From: Nitrospirota bacterium
Lineage (GTDB): Bacteria; Nitrospirota; UBA9217
NCBI GenBank assembly: GCA_035623825.1
Contig: DASPSR010000050.1
Location: 1 to 53,239 of the forward strand
Reading direction: 5' to 3'
Length of the DNA: 53,239 nucleotides
The position numbers and the translations under genes are program-made. Below the pieces are notes generated by a model. That model ran no database searches and was not told the origin of the DNA. It worked only from the letters and a program-made list of their open reading frames with translations. How positions within the stretch are numbered: the first letter of the stretch is position 1; the number at the start of each line of letters is the position of its first letter. Positions 1 through 10,757 of this stretch are shown here, in pieces.

Positions 1-3000
1 CTCGGCGAGGCCGTCGAGCGACATGCGGATGCCGACCTTCCGAGAACATTGTGGACAGAGGGCGGGGACTCCGCCGTTCATACCGGACAGGGTGGGAATG
101 CCGAGCCCCGAAACGCGCAGGAAAAGACGGTGAAGACCGTGAAGCTTCAAAACCTCGTACCGCCCCTGCGCATCGGATCGGGAGAAACGGACATCCCGGA
201 ATCTTATGTCCAGCGCCTGAAGGAAATACTGTCCGGAATGCAGGGAAAGAACAACGTCCGCCTGCATCTGGTGGGCCATACGGACAATTCGCCGATGTTC
301 GGGGAAGAGAAGCAGAAGTACGGCGACAACACCGCGCTTTCCCGTGAACGGGCCGGTGCCGCCGCCCTGTATCTCCAGAAGGCCCTTGGCCTTCCCCCGG
401 ATTCCGTCACCTACGAGGGCGTTGGCGAATCAGGGCCCGCGGCAAGCAACGCCACCTTCCAGGGCAAGGCAGAGAACCGCCGTGTCGAGGTCGAGGTCTG
501 GTACGACGAGGCCCCTGACAAACTTGCTGATAACGGGGCGCCTGCTCCGGAACGAGTGGACCGCGTGAAGGTCTGCCGCGTCGAGACGTTGTGCAAGCTG
601 AGCTATAAGGAGGGTCATTCCAGACGGGCCAGGATAAGGAACATCGTGCCGCCGCTCCATATGGACGACGATACGGCGGCCATACCCGATGGCTTCATCT
701 CCAATGTGCGCCAGGTGCTCGAAAACCTGAGGACGAAGGAACACGTCGTCGTCAAATTCATAGGTCATACCGACGATCAGCCCCTCTCGGAGCGGAACGA
801 ACGGATCTACGGCGACCCTGTTTCATTGTCCAAGGCCAGGGCACGGCGCGCGGTGCTGGCTGTTAAGGACGCGCTCAAGCTCCCGTCGTCGGCGATCGAC
901 GTCGACGGCAAGGGCGCGGCTGGTCCCATCGGCTCGAACGACACCGCTAAGGGCCGGGCACTTAACCGGCGCATCGAGGTCGAATTCTGGTATGACGACG
1001 AACTGCAGGTCCTGCCGGACGAGCTGCGGCCATGCCCGGAACCGGCCGGAGCCGAGACGGTGACGCGCGTCTATGACGGTCCGTCCGGAAACATAAAGCC
1101 CATCCTGTTCGACCATGGTGAACCGGTGATCACTCCGGAGCAGTTAGAGCACATGCGTCTTAGCCTGGACGAGGTAAAGGACAAGCAGAGGGCGCGCCTC
1201 CGCTTCATCGGCTATACCAACGACGAACGCCTCGAACGACGCACCGCGATGGTGTACGGCGACGACATCGGTCTTTCCACCTCACGCGCGCGGCGCGCCA
1301 TGGACATCGCGGTGAACCGCCTCGGCCTTGCGCCTTCACAGGCCGAGTTCGAGGGCCATGGCTACGTGCAGTCGGACGATGTGGCCAGGACGGGCTTCGT
1401 CGAGTCGGATACGGCCAGGGTCGAGGTGCAGGTCGTTTACGACGAGATGATGGTCAACGACAACACCGACGGTCTGGACATAACGAAGATCACCCGCGAT
1501 GTCACCCCGAAGGACCCGCTTGCCTTGAACCTCATGCGCATAACCGTCGATGGCAAGCCCGTAGACGACCCGGACAAGGGCATCGCCGACATCGAGCGCT
1601 GCACCGACGTGGCACTCTCCAAGGCAAATGTGCAGTTCAAGTTCGACGACCTCTACTTGAAGCCCCGCTTGAACGTTACGGCCTGGCCCAATGCCATCCG
1701 CTACAAGACGGACCCGGACGCAGTACCTCCTGAGAACCTGATGCGGTTCCGCATGTACACGAACTATCAGGCTTTCATCACGAGGTCGGAGGTCCGCATC
1801 TTCGACAAGGACGAGTCCGTCGCCGGCACGCCGATCGCGGTCATCCCCATGGACAAGGACGGGCGTGCTTCGTGGCAGCCGACGTTCCCCGAATACAAGG
1901 CCACCGGGCGCGAGCTCAAGTATGTGCTCAGGGTCTACGACGCTCGAGGGCGCTTCGACGAGACCAAGCCGCTACCCATCTGGATAGTAGACCGGCTGTC
2001 CCCTGATATGCAGGGACGCGATGCCGAGAAGGAGCTCCAGGTCGGTTACGGCGAGAACCACCTCTCGGTCGACAACATCCCGAAGAAGGGCGGTACGATC
2101 AAGGTCTACGGGAGCTCGGTCCCGGCCGAACACGACGTCTTCGTCGCCGGCAGTCCTGTGCCGGTAGGGGACGGGGGAAAGTTCGTCACCGAGGAGATAC
2201 TGCCTTCCGGCACGCATACCGTCGAGGTGGCGATACTCGACAAGGCCGGCAACGGCGAGCTCTTCCTCCGCGACGTTGAGCTTAAAAAGAGCGACTGGTT
2301 CGCCGTCGGCATCGCCGACCTCACTGTTTCACGCGATTACACGACCGGGCCGGGTTCGTCTTTGTACAGCAGCACGACGGTGAATACCAACGGGATGAAC
2401 TATGACGGCCGGCTGGCCTTCTATGCAAAAGGAAAGTTCGGCGACGGCTGGGAGCTGACATCGAGCGCTGACACGGAGGAGGAGAAGTTAACGGACATGT
2501 TCAGGAATTTCACTGACAGGACGCCCAGCGCGCTTTTCAGGAGCATCGATTCCAAGTATTTCTACCCCACCTACGGAGATGACGGCAGCGTGGAGGAGGG
2601 GGCCCCGACCCTGGGCAAGTTCTACGTGAAGGTCAAGAAGGACGAGAGTTACGGCATGTGGGGCGACTTCAAGGTCAATTACGGCGACAACGATCTCGCC
2701 CGTATCGACCGCGGGCTCTACGGCGCGAACCTGCATTACCAGACGCCCGATACGACGAGCTTCGGCGAGAAGCGCTTCTTCCTGGACGGTTACTCAGCAC
2801 AGCCCGGCACGGTCGCGACGCGCGAGGAGTTCCTGGGCACCGGCGGTTCGCTCTATTACCTGCACCATCAGGGCGTCCTGACAGGCTCGGAGAGCGTCAT
2901 TATCGAGGTCCGCGACAAGGATTCGGGCACTGTGATCGCCGAGAAGAGCCTGACGCCCTCCCTCGATTACACCATCGACTACCTGCAGGGGCGCGTCTCC

Positions 3001-5085
3001 CTTCAGCAGCCCCTTTCTCCGACCGTGTCCGACAACATGCTGGTCAATTCCGGCACCGCCGCAGGCAACCGGATGTTTCTGGTCGTCCGCTACGAATACG
3101 TCCCGAGCGCGGGGGACACGAACAGCATGAGCCTGGGCGGACGGACGCATGTGTGGATTTCGGACTACGTGAAACTGGGCGTCACGGTGAACAAGGACGG
3201 CGGCAATGACAACCCGAACGAGCTCGAAGCCTTCGACGTCACCTTGCGGAAGAGCGCCCTTTCCTGGGTCAAGGTGGAGACGTCGAGGAGCAGCGGGCCC
3301 AGCCTGACCTCTCTAACCTCCACCGACGGCGGCATGACGGAAAATCCCACCTGCCCGAGCTTCAGCACGACCGCAAACGGCTTCCCCACGGGAAACCCGG
3401 CCTGCTCCTACTTCGGCAGTCCGGTACCCGTTTCCGCGGGAGCCTACCGGATAGACACCAGCCTGGGCTTTGCTGACGTCTTTGCCGGCGCGTCCGGCCA
3501 GTGGACGATGTACGTGCAGCGCCTGGGCGCCGGCTATTCGGCTCCCGGACTCGAGACTGCCACGGACACCATGCAGTACGGGGGCACATTCAAGGCGCCG
3601 ATCTCCAACAAGGTAGATGTGACCGCCAAGGGCGACAAGACGACCCGCGACCAGGGCCTGGACACGAGTTCTGCCGAGGTCGACCTTAATTATCATATGA
3701 CCGAACACTGGACCTTGAGCCCCGGTGTGCGGATCGACACGCGCCATGACGACTCGCCGGTCGTTCCGCCCACCCAGACGGAAGGCGACCGCACGGACGC
3801 CGCCCTGCGCGCGACGTATGATTCCAAGGAACGCTGGAGCGCGTACGGCTTCGCGCAGGACACCGTTGAGAGGACCGGAGACCGCGAGAACAACGGCCGC
3901 ATCGGTACGGGCGGCGAGTACCGCATCACCGACCGCATCAAATTGAACGGCGAGGTGTCGGACGGCGACTTGGGCGGGGCCGGCAAGTTCGGCATGGAGT
4001 ATCTCTACTCTGACCGCACCAACATGTACCTGAACTACGTGTACGACAACGAGACCCCCGACAACGGGATTCGCGCCGGCAACGCGAGCATCGTCTCCGG
4101 GTTCAAGACCCGCTACTCCGACAGCGCCAGCGTGTATGCAGAGGAAAAGTACACGTACGGCAATGTCCCGACCGGCCTCACCCATGCCGCGGGCGTCGAT
4201 CTCGCGCCCTTCGACCACTGGAACCTGGGCGTCAGCGTTGACTATGGGACGCTCCGCGACCCCATCACCGACGCAACCCTCGTGCGCCATGCCGCGGCAC
4301 TTCGCGTGGGCTACGGCAACAAAGGCCTCGTCTGGGCCAGCGTGTTCGAGTACCGCGTCGACAGGACCGAGGTCATAAACATGAACCCTGACAATACGTT
4401 GAGCGAGAGCACGGTCGACAGGGACAGCTGGCTCGTGAAGAACGATTTGAAGTACCAGATAGACGACTCGTCCCGCGTGATCGGGAAATTCAACCATGCC
4501 GAGAGCCGGAGCGCCGCTGCGTTCTTCGGCGGCGATTACACCGAGGCGATCATCGGTTACGGATACCGGCCTGTGACGAACGACCGCCTGAACACCCTGT
4601 TCAAATACACGTACTTCTACAACGTCCCGACCACCTCACAGGTCAGTGACACAATCACCTATACCTCGTCCGGCATGGTCACGAACATCGCCGCGAATTC
4701 CATCCAGAAGAGCCATATATTGTCACTGGATGCGACCTACGATCTTACACAAAAGTTCAGCATCGGCGGCAAGTACGCCTACCGACTCGGATGGGTCAGC
4801 GAGTCCCTTGAGAATCCCGTTTTCTTTGAGAGCCGGGCCATCCTCTACATTGTCCGCGCCGACTGGCGCTTCATCCATCTCTGGGATGCCATGGTCGAGG
4901 CGCGTCTCTTGGACCTGCCCGACGCGAACGACAAGAAAAGCGGCGTGCTCGCGGCCATATACCGGCAGGTGGGAGCCAACATCAAAGCGGGCGTCGGCTA
5001 CAACTTCAGCGATTTTTCGGACGACCTGACCCAGCTTAACTACAAGCACCAGGGTTTCTTCGTCAACGTCGTCGGCGAGTTTTAG
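1..5085 (+). CDS. Giant outer-membrane protein with multiple OmpA-like peptidoglycan-binding domains and a C-terminal beta-barrel (5'-partial)
   Basis: Frame is open from base 1, so the true start lies upstream. Three OmpA C-terminal-like units (GHTDN..LSRERA..NRRVEV; GHTDD..LSKARA..NRRIEV; degenerate GYTND..LSTSRA..ARVEV). Long amphipathic beta-strand region ending in a BAM-type C-terminal Phe (GFFVNVVGEF). Confidence 0.85.
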   Translation, partial: LGEAVERHADADLPRTLWTEGGDSAVHTGQGGNAEPRNAQEKTVKTVKLQNLVPPLRIGSGETDIPESYVQRLKEILSGMQGKNNVRLHLVGHTDNSPMFGEEKQKYGDNTALSRERAGAAALYLQKALGLPPDSVTYEGVGESGPAASNATFQGKAENRRVEVEVWYDEAPDKLADNGAPAPERVDRVKVCRVETLCKLSYKEGHSRRARIRNIVPPLHMDDDTAAIPDGFISNVRQVLENLRTKEHVVVKFIGHTDDQPLSERNERIYGDPVSLSKARARRAVLAVKDALKLPSSAIDVDGKGAAGPIGSNDTAKGRALNRRIEVEFWYDDELQVLPDELRPCPEPAGAETVTRVYDGPSGNIKPILFDHGEPVITPEQLEHMRLSLDEVKDKQRARLRFIGYTNDERLERRTAMVYGDDIGLSTSRARRAMDIAVNRLGLAPSQAEFEGHGYVQSDDVARTGFVESDTARVEVQVVYDEMMVNDNTDGLDITKITRDVTPKDPLALNLMRITVDGKPVDDPDKGIADIERCTDVALSKANVQFKFDDLYLKPRLNVTAWPNAIRYKTDPDAVPPENLMRFRMYTNYQAFITRSEVRIFDKDESVAGTPIAVIPMDKDGRASWQPTFPEYKATGRELKYVLRVYDARGRFDETKPLPIWIVDRLSPDMQGRDAEKELQVGYGENHLSVDNIPKKGGTIKVYGSSVPAEHDVFVAGSPVPVGDGGKFVTEEILPSGTHTVEVAILDKAGNGELFLRDVELKKSDWFAVGIADLTVSRDYTTGPGSSLYSSTTVNTNGMNYDGRLAFYAKGKFGDGWELTSSADTEEEKLTDMFRNFTDRTPSALFRSIDSKYFYPTYGDDGSVEEGAPTLGKFYVKVKKDESYGMWGDFKVNYGDNDLARIDRGLYGANLHYQTPDTTSFGEKRFFLDGYSAQPGTVATREEFLGTGGSLYYLHHQGVLTGSESVIIEVRDKDSGTVIAEKSLTPSLDYTIDYLQGRVSLQQPLSPTVSDNMLVNSGTAAGNRMFLVVRYEYVPSAGDTNSMSLGGRTHVWISDYVKLGVTVNKDGGNDNPNELEAFDVTLRKSALSWVKVETSRSSGPSLTSLTSTDGGMTENPTCPSFSTTANGFPTGNPACSYFGSPVPVSAGAYRIDTSLGFADVFAGASGQWTMYVQRLGAGYSAPGLETATDTMQYGGTFKAPISNKVDVTAKGDKTTRDQGLDTSSAEVDLNYHMTEHWTLSPGVRIDTRHDDSPVVPPTQTEGDRTDAALRATYDSKERWSAYGFAQDTVERTGDRENNGRIGTGGEYRITDRIKLNGEVSDGDLGGAGKFGMEYLYSDRTNMYLNYVYDNETPDNGIRAGNASIVSGFKTRYSDSASVYAEEKYTYGNVPTGLTHAAGVDLAPFDHWNLGVSVDYGTLRDPITDATLVRHAAALRVGYGNKGLVWASVFEYRVDRTEVINMNPDNTLSESTVDRDSWLVKNDLKYQIDDSSRVIGKFNHAESRSAAAFFGGDYTEAIIGYGYRPVTNDRLNTLFKYTYFYNVPTTSQVSDTITYTSSGMVTNIAANSIQKSHILSLDATYDLTQKFSIGGKYAYRLGWVSESLENPVFFESRAILYIVRADWRFIHLWDAMVEARLLDLPDANDKKSGVLAAIYRQVGANIKAGVGYNFSDFSDDLTQLNYKHQGFFVNVVGEF

Positions 5086-5168
5086 GGATTTTTAGATGTC
5101 CCGGGGCGGTGTCCCGGGCCGTCATGGAGCGATAGAAATATGAATTTCCGGGATGGGAGGATATAAAA

Positions 5169-5684
5169 ATGTTTTACCGGCTGACAGGCGTCGCGTTAAC
5201 GGTTGCAGTGCTGTGTTTCTTCTCCGCCGCATACGGAGCGGGCATCACCAAGGAAGAGTTAAAGGGCCAGGACGAGCAGGTCCAGGACATCAAAAGCGAC
5301 GTCCTATCGATATCCGCGGAGCTCGAAAAGCTCGAGGAGAAGCTTTTGTATCCGTCCAGCACGGAGGTCTCGGTATTCGTTTCCCTGGCGTCCGGCGAAA
5401 CCTTCCGTCTCGACTCGGTGGAGATCCAGATGGACGGAAACCCTGTCGCCCGGCATGTTTACAGCTTCAAGGAGCTCGAAGCCATGAGAAAGGGCGGGGT
5501 TCAGCGCATCTATACCGGCAATATCCGCTCCGGCGATCATGACCTATTCGTTTCCGTTGCCGGAAAAACCGGGGGAGGCTCCGATCTCCGTAAATCCGAA
5601 CTCTTCAAGATCAGCAAGGATGTCGCTCCCAGGATCGTCGAGATATCACTATCAGACAAAGGCATTACCGAGAGAAGCAGGTAA
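5169..5684 (+). CDS. Exported hypothetical protein (signal peptide, coiled coil, beta-sandwich) of the TPR/ExbBD cluster
   Basis: GGGAGG SD upstream of ATG; hydrophobic N-terminus ending AYG/A; stop is 3 nt before the next gene. Confidence 0.75.
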   Translation: MFYRLTGVALTVAVLCFFSAAYGAGITKEELKGQDEQVQDIKSDVLSISAELEKLEEKLLYPSSTEVSVFVSLASGETFRLDSVEIQMDGNPVARHVYSFKELEAMRKGGVQRIYTGNIRSGDHDLFVSVAGKTGGGSDLRKSELFKISKDVAPRIVEISLSDKGITERSR

Positions 5685-5687
5685 ACC

Positions 5688-7574
5688 ATGAAAAGACTGT
5701 TTGCCCCATTGATAATATTGATGTTCGCAGCGTCCGCATCGCCGGCAGAAAAGTCTGCCCCGAAGGACCTGAAGGACCTCTATTTCGGCGAGGCCCTTTA
5801 TCATGCTTATCAAGGGGAGTGGTTCGATGCCGTCTCCAGGCTCGACACAGAGTTGGCCCTTCATTACGGGGTCGATGAGCCCGAGCGGGACACCCTTCAT
5901 TACCATGTTAACCAGGCGGAGTTCGATGTGGGCGACTTTGAGCTCTACTACAGGATGCACCGGAAGGCCGGGCGCGCGATAAGAGCGGTCATCGAGGGGA
6001 ACGTCCCCGCGCCCGTCCGCAACGAGGCCATCTTCCGCCTCGCGCGCATCTATTTCCAAAAAGGACAGCCCAAGGACGCCCAGGAGGCCGTTGACCGCAT
6101 CAAGGGCGCCGTTCCCGAGAAGATCCGGAATGACCTGGCTTTCCTCAAGGCAGAGATCCTCATGGCCAATGGCCGTTTTGACGAGTCAGCCCGCATTTTT
6201 ACGGACATCCAGGACGCTCCGGGCTTTTTAGGATTCAGCTCTTACAATCTCGGAATCGCCCTTATGAGGGACGGGAAGGAGGCCGAGGGCCGGATCTCTC
6301 TCGGCCGCGCCGGCCAGATCAGGAGCGACGACGATGTCACTCTGGCGATCATGGACAAATCCAACCTTGTCCTCGGTGAAAAGCTCCTTTCAGAACAAAA
6401 ATTCACCGCTGCCAAGTATGTCCTGGACAGGGTGCGGCTCACTGGTCCCTTCTCGAACCGTGCGCTCCTCAGTTCAGGATGGGCCGACGCCTCCCTTGAC
6501 AATTATCAAAGCGCACTGGTGCCCTGGACGATACTTTCCGGGCGGGCCGCCACCGATCCTTCCGTAGAAGAGGCCATGCTCGCGGTCCCCTATGCCTATA
6601 TCAAGCTCGGCATCTACAGCAAGGCGGCTCTCCTCTACAGCCAGGCCCTCGAGTCGTTCGGCAGGGAGATCGAGAAACTTACCGCCTCGATAACGAGCAT
6701 TCAGGAAGGCAAATTCCTTAAAGCGCTCTTGCGGGAAGAGCTCAAGCAGGACCCTGACTGGGTCGTAAAGCTGCGAGAGCTTCCAGAGGCTCCCGAGACG
6801 TTCTACCTCATTGACCTCCTTGCTTCCCATGATTTCCAGGAATCGCTCAAGAATTACCTGGACCTCGAGGAGCTCCGCGTGAAGCTTTCCGCCTGGTCTG
6901 GCGACCTCATCGCCTTCAAGGACATCATCCAGAAGCGCAGGGCCTATTACCAGCCGCTCCTCCCGGAGATAGACCGGGAATTCCGCCGGCTCGACACTCT
7001 CATGCGGCTCAGGCTTTCACAACGCGACAGCATAGAAAAAAGGCTTCATGCCATGCTGACGGCGCCCCGTCCAGAACAGCTTGAAACCGCCGACGAGCGC
7101 GTCACGATAGATCGGCTGAACCAGATGGAACGGAAGCTTGCCGCCATGCCGGACGCATCCGGCGACGACCTTGCACGGATCAAGCGCCTGCGTGGCGTGC
7201 TTTACTGGAACATGTATACCGAGTACGACCACCGTTTGACCGAAGCTTTCAGGCATCTCCACGACCTGAACAGCGAAATCGACCGGATGAGAACGGAATA
7301 CTCCTCCTTTGTCCGCACCCGTCAGGCCGCCACGCAAAGCTACGAGGGATACGACGACGTCATCCGCGCTTTAAGCGAAAGGGCCGCTTCCGCGCGGAAG
7401 CACGTGGAGGAACTGATGTCCCGGCAGGGGAAGATCCTCGAGACCCTGGCCGTTACCGAACTCACCAGGAGGCGCGACCGTCTCGAAAAATTCCAGGTAG
7501 ACGCGCGATTTGCCATGGCGGACAGCTACGACCGCGCGAGGCGCGCCCAGGACAACAAGAGGGCCGAGCAATGA
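5688..7574 (+). CDS. Periplasmic tetratricopeptide-repeat protein (GltC-like)
   Basis: Signal peptide MKRLFAPLIILMFAASASPA; TPR-like helices (EAIFRLARIYFQKG, SSYNLGIALMRDG, EAMLAVPYAYIKLG); coiled-coil C-terminal half. Confidence 0.8.
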   Translation: MKRLFAPLIILMFAASASPAEKSAPKDLKDLYFGEALYHAYQGEWFDAVSRLDTELALHYGVDEPERDTLHYHVNQAEFDVGDFELYYRMHRKAGRAIRAVIEGNVPAPVRNEAIFRLARIYFQKGQPKDAQEAVDRIKGAVPEKIRNDLAFLKAEILMANGRFDESARIFTDIQDAPGFLGFSSYNLGIALMRDGKEAEGRISLGRAGQIRSDDDVTLAIMDKSNLVLGEKLLSEQKFTAAKYVLDRVRLTGPFSNRALLSSGWADASLDNYQSALVPWTILSGRAATDPSVEEAMLAVPYAYIKLGIYSKAALLYSQALESFGREIEKLTASITSIQEGKFLKALLREELKQDPDWVVKLRELPEAPETFYLIDLLASHDFQESLKNYLDLEELRVKLSAWSGDLIAFKDIIQKRRAYYQPLLPEIDREFRRLDTLMRLRLSQRDSIEKRLHAMLTAPRPEQLETADERVTIDRLNQMERKLAAMPDASGDDLARIKRLRGVLYWNMYTEYDHRLTEAFRHLHDLNSEIDRMRTEYSSFVRTRQAATQSYEGYDDVIRALSERAASARKHVEELMSRQGKILETLAVTELTRRRDRLEKFQVDARFAMADSYDRARRAQDNKRAEQ

Positions 7575-10500
7575 TGACAACAGACCGTATTCTGAGTGCT
7601 CTATTCGCTCTTTCGCTTCTCCTTTTCTCCTGCCAGACGCCCGGAGCAAAGGACACGTTGGCGGGTCTCCGCGGCGCGCATGTCGATATCAAGGAAGAGC
7701 GGATAGATGGCGGGCTCGACAAGGCCATGGAAGGTTACCGGCGTTTCCTCGAAGACACCCCGGGATCCTCCGCGCTCAAGCCCGAGGCCCTGCGCCGCCT
7801 CGCGGACCTGAAGATCGAAAAGGAATACGGGCTTCTTCCCGACGGCGCAGCAGCAAGGCGGCGGAATCCCGCCTCCGCACCTCATGCCCAGTCGGCAAAC
7901 TCCGCTGTTTCCGCACAACATGAATCGCAGGCCGATTTCGAGAAAAGGGCGGGGGCACTGGAGGGAGAGGGCGCGCCTGACTCATCGAACCTTGAACGCC
8001 CCGGCGCCCGCGAGGCCATCGCGCTCTATCAAAGACTTCTTACCGAGTATCCCCATTACGAGCACAATGACCAGGCGCTCTATCAGATGTCCCGGGCCTA
8101 CGAGGAACTGGGCCAGGCCGAGCTTGCCATGAAGGTCATGGAACGGATGGTGCGGGACTATCCCAAATGCCAGTACATGGACGAAGTGCAGTTCCGGCGC
8201 GCCGAATACTTCTTTACCCGGAAGCGCTACCTGGACGCCGAGGACGCATACCAGAGCGTCGTCCAAATAGGCGACAGATCGTACTTTTACCAGCTTGCCC
8301 TGTACAAGCTCGGATGGACATTCTACAAGCAGGAGCTTTACGATGAAGCGCTTGACAGGTACATAGCGCTCCTCGATTACAAGGTGAAGACGGGCTACGA
8401 CTTCGCACAGACCAAAGACAAGATGGAGAAAAAACGCATCGACGATACATTCAGGGTCATAAGCCTTTGCTTTTCCAATTTGGGAGGGCCCAAAACCGCC
8501 GCGGAATACTTCGCGAAACATGGCGCTAAAAGCTACGAGGACGGCATCTACAGCAATCTCGGGGAATTTTACTTCGACAAGCGCCGTTATGCCGACGCAG
8601 CCGCGACCTACAACGCCTTCGTGAGCCAAAATCCCTTCCACAGGAAAGCGCCCGATTTCCAGATGAGGGTGATAGACATCGATATCGCCGGAGGGTTCCC
8701 CAGCCTGGTCATCGACGCGAAAAAGGAGTTCTCCAGGACGTATGGGCTCAAAGCCCCGTACTGGAAGCATTATAAACCGGAAGACCGTCCGGAGGTCCTT
8801 TCCTGGCTCAAGACGAACCTCGCCGACCTGGCCAAGCATTACCACTCGCTGTACCAGAACAAAGAGGAGGCAAAGAACAAGGACAGGAACTTCGAGGAGG
8901 CCATGCACTGGTACAGGGAGTTCCTCGCCTCCTTCCCGAAGGACCAGGACTCACCGGCTGTCAATTATCTTTTGGCGGACCTCCTCATGGAGAACCGCGC
9001 ATTCGACCAGGCGGCAGTGGAGTACGAAAAGACATCCTATGACTACCCGAGCCATGAAAAATCCGCCCAGGCAGGCTACGCAGCCGTCTACGCCTACCGC
9101 CAAGAGCTGGCCGGCATCGCCCCGGAGCAAAAGGACCAGGTAAGGCGTAAGGCCGTAGCAAGCTCGCTCAAGTTCTCCGCGATCTATCCAGAGCACGAGA
9201 AGGCGGCCATCGTCCTCGGGGCCGCCGCGGATGACCTGTACGGAATGCGGGACTACGAGGAGGCTCTCGCCTCCGCGAGCAAGCTCATCCTTTCCTACCC
9301 CAAGGCTGATGCCGATGTCGTCAGGGGGGCCTATGTCGTGGTCGGCCACTCAACCTACGAGCTTCACCGCTACGGCGAAGCCGAGGCCGCCTATGCGAAG
9401 GTGCTTTCGCTCCTCCCGGCCGGAGATAAAAGCAGGGACGGCATAAGCGACAACCTCGCCGCCGCGATCTACAAGCAGGGCGAGCAGGCGAGCGCTGTCA
9501 AGGATTACCGGGCAGCTGCGGACAATTTCCTGCGTGTGGGGCGCATGGCACCCGCCTCCAAGATCAGGGTCAACGCAGAGTACGACGCCGCGGCCGCGCT
9601 GATCGAGATCAAGGACTGGAAAACGGCTGCATCCGTGCTCGCCGGGTTCCGCGAGAAATTCCCCGGGAGCGATCTCGCTCCAGAGGTGACCAGGAAGATC
9701 GCATACGTCTATCGTGAGGACGGAAAGCTCAGCCTCGCGGCCGGCGAATATGAACGCATCGAGGGAGAGTCAAAGGATGAAGACGTTCGGCGCGAGTCTC
9801 TCCTCACTGCGGCGGACCTATACGATAAGGCCGGCAACCGGGACCGCACGCTTTCGGCATACCGGCGCTATGTGGATCATTTCCCGCATCCGGCCGAACC
9901 CAACATGGAAGCGCGCGCCAAGATCGCCGAAATTTTGAAGAGGAACGATACGGGCGGCTATCTCGCCGAGCTCAAAGCGATGGTGGCCGTCGACGCGGGA
10001 GCCGGCGCCGAGCGTACGCCCCGTACGCGCTATCTGGCCGCTACCTCCGCATTGGTGCTGGCCGAGCAGACCTTCGGCCAGTTCCAAGCGATAAAGCTGG
10101 CAGAGCCGTTCAAGGCAAACCTCGAGAAGAAAAAGGAATTGATGAAGGTCGCAACCCAGGGGTTCACCAAGCTCCTGGATTACGAGGTCGGCCTTGTCAC
10201 CTCGGCCTCGACATTCTATCTAGCCGAGATCTACGCGGATTTCAGCCGTGACCTGAAAGAGTCCGAACGACCCAAGAACCTGAGCCCCCTGGAGCGGGAA
10301 GAATACGAACTCGCGATCGACGACCAGGCCTACCCATTCGAGGAGAAGGCCATCGCAACGCATAAGAGCAATCTCGACCTTATTTCTCGCGGCATTTACA
10401 ACGAGTGGATCGAAAAGAGCCTGCAGAAGCTTGCCAAAACCGTTCCCGCCCGCTACGACAAGACGGAAGAAGAGAGCGCAGTCATGACATCGCCGGACAC

Positions 10501-10741
10501 GTACCTCTTCGCGATCGAGCGTCAGGAGGAGCCTGCCCCCCTGGCGTCCAAAGGGGCGGTCGATGCCGATGAATCGAAGCTGGAACTATCGCCTTCGGGG
10601 ACCCAGGGATCTACCACGGCTGAGCCGAAGCCTGAAGCGAAACAGGCGGAGTCCAAAATAACCGTAAAGAACGTTCACCCGGTGGAAAGTGCGCAGCACA
10701 ACGCTGTCAAGGATGTACCGAACGATAAGTCTCCTGATTGA
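7571..10741 (+). CDS. Large TPR lipoprotein (GltD/AgmU-like)
   Basis: Lipobox LLLFSC; many TPR motifs (DQALYQMSRAYEELG, EVQFRRAEYFF, ALYKLGWTFYKQ); C-terminal YELAIDDQAYPFEEKAI..YNEWIEKS motif; ATGA overlap with the upstream gene. Confidence 0.8.
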   Translation: MMTTDRILSALFALSLLLFSCQTPGAKDTLAGLRGAHVDIKEERIDGGLDKAMEGYRRFLEDTPGSSALKPEALRRLADLKIEKEYGLLPDGAAARRRNPASAPHAQSANSAVSAQHESQADFEKRAGALEGEGAPDSSNLERPGAREAIALYQRLLTEYPHYEHNDQALYQMSRAYEELGQAELAMKVMERMVRDYPKCQYMDEVQFRRAEYFFTRKRYLDAEDAYQSVVQIGDRSYFYQLALYKLGWTFYKQELYDEALDRYIALLDYKVKTGYDFAQTKDKMEKKRIDDTFRVISLCFSNLGGPKTAAEYFAKHGAKSYEDGIYSNLGEFYFDKRRYADAAATYNAFVSQNPFHRKAPDFQMRVIDIDIAGGFPSLVIDAKKEFSRTYGLKAPYWKHYKPEDRPEVLSWLKTNLADLAKHYHSLYQNKEEAKNKDRNFEEAMHWYREFLASFPKDQDSPAVNYLLADLLMENRAFDQAAVEYEKTSYDYPSHEKSAQAGYAAVYAYRQELAGIAPEQKDQVRRKAVASSLKFSAIYPEHEKAAIVLGAAADDLYGMRDYEEALASASKLILSYPKADADVVRGAYVVVGHSTYELHRYGEAEAAYAKVLSLLPAGDKSRDGISDNLAAAIYKQGEQASAVKDYRAAADNFLRVGRMAPASKIRVNAEYDAAAALIEIKDWKTAASVLAGFREKFPGSDLAPEVTRKIAYVYREDGKLSLAAGEYERIEGESKDEDVRRESLLTAADLYDKAGNRDRTLSAYRRYVDHFPHPAEPNMEARAKIAEILKRNDTGGYLAELKAMVAVDAGAGAERTPRTRYLAATSALVLAEQTFGQFQAIKLAEPFKANLEKKKELMKVATQGFTKLLDYEVGLVTSASTFYLAEIYADFSRDLKESERPKNLSPLEREEYELAIDDQAYPFEEKAIATHKSNLDLISRGIYNEWIEKSLQKLAKTVPARYDKTEEESAVMTSPDTYLFAIERQEEPAPLASKGAVDADESKLELSPSGTQGSTTAEPKPEAKQAESKITVKNVHPVESAQHNAVKDVPNDKSPD

Positions 10742-10757
10742 TATCCAGGTTGACGGT

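Noticed and set aside
3313-4497. 394-aa minus-strand ORF (and similar ones at 7982-8908 and 12349-13365)
   Set aside because: Antisense shadows of GC-rich genes with clear family motifs on the + strand; no motifs of their own.
1-5085. Flagellar motor MotB/MotA interpretation of the OmpA-domain and ExbB-like genes
   Set aside because: The large protein ends in a beta-barrel signature, the partners are ExbD/TonB-like, and no flagellar genes are present.
5098-5120. GC hairpin after the OmpA gene as a terminator
   Set aside because: Short stem with no U-tract, inside an apparent operon.
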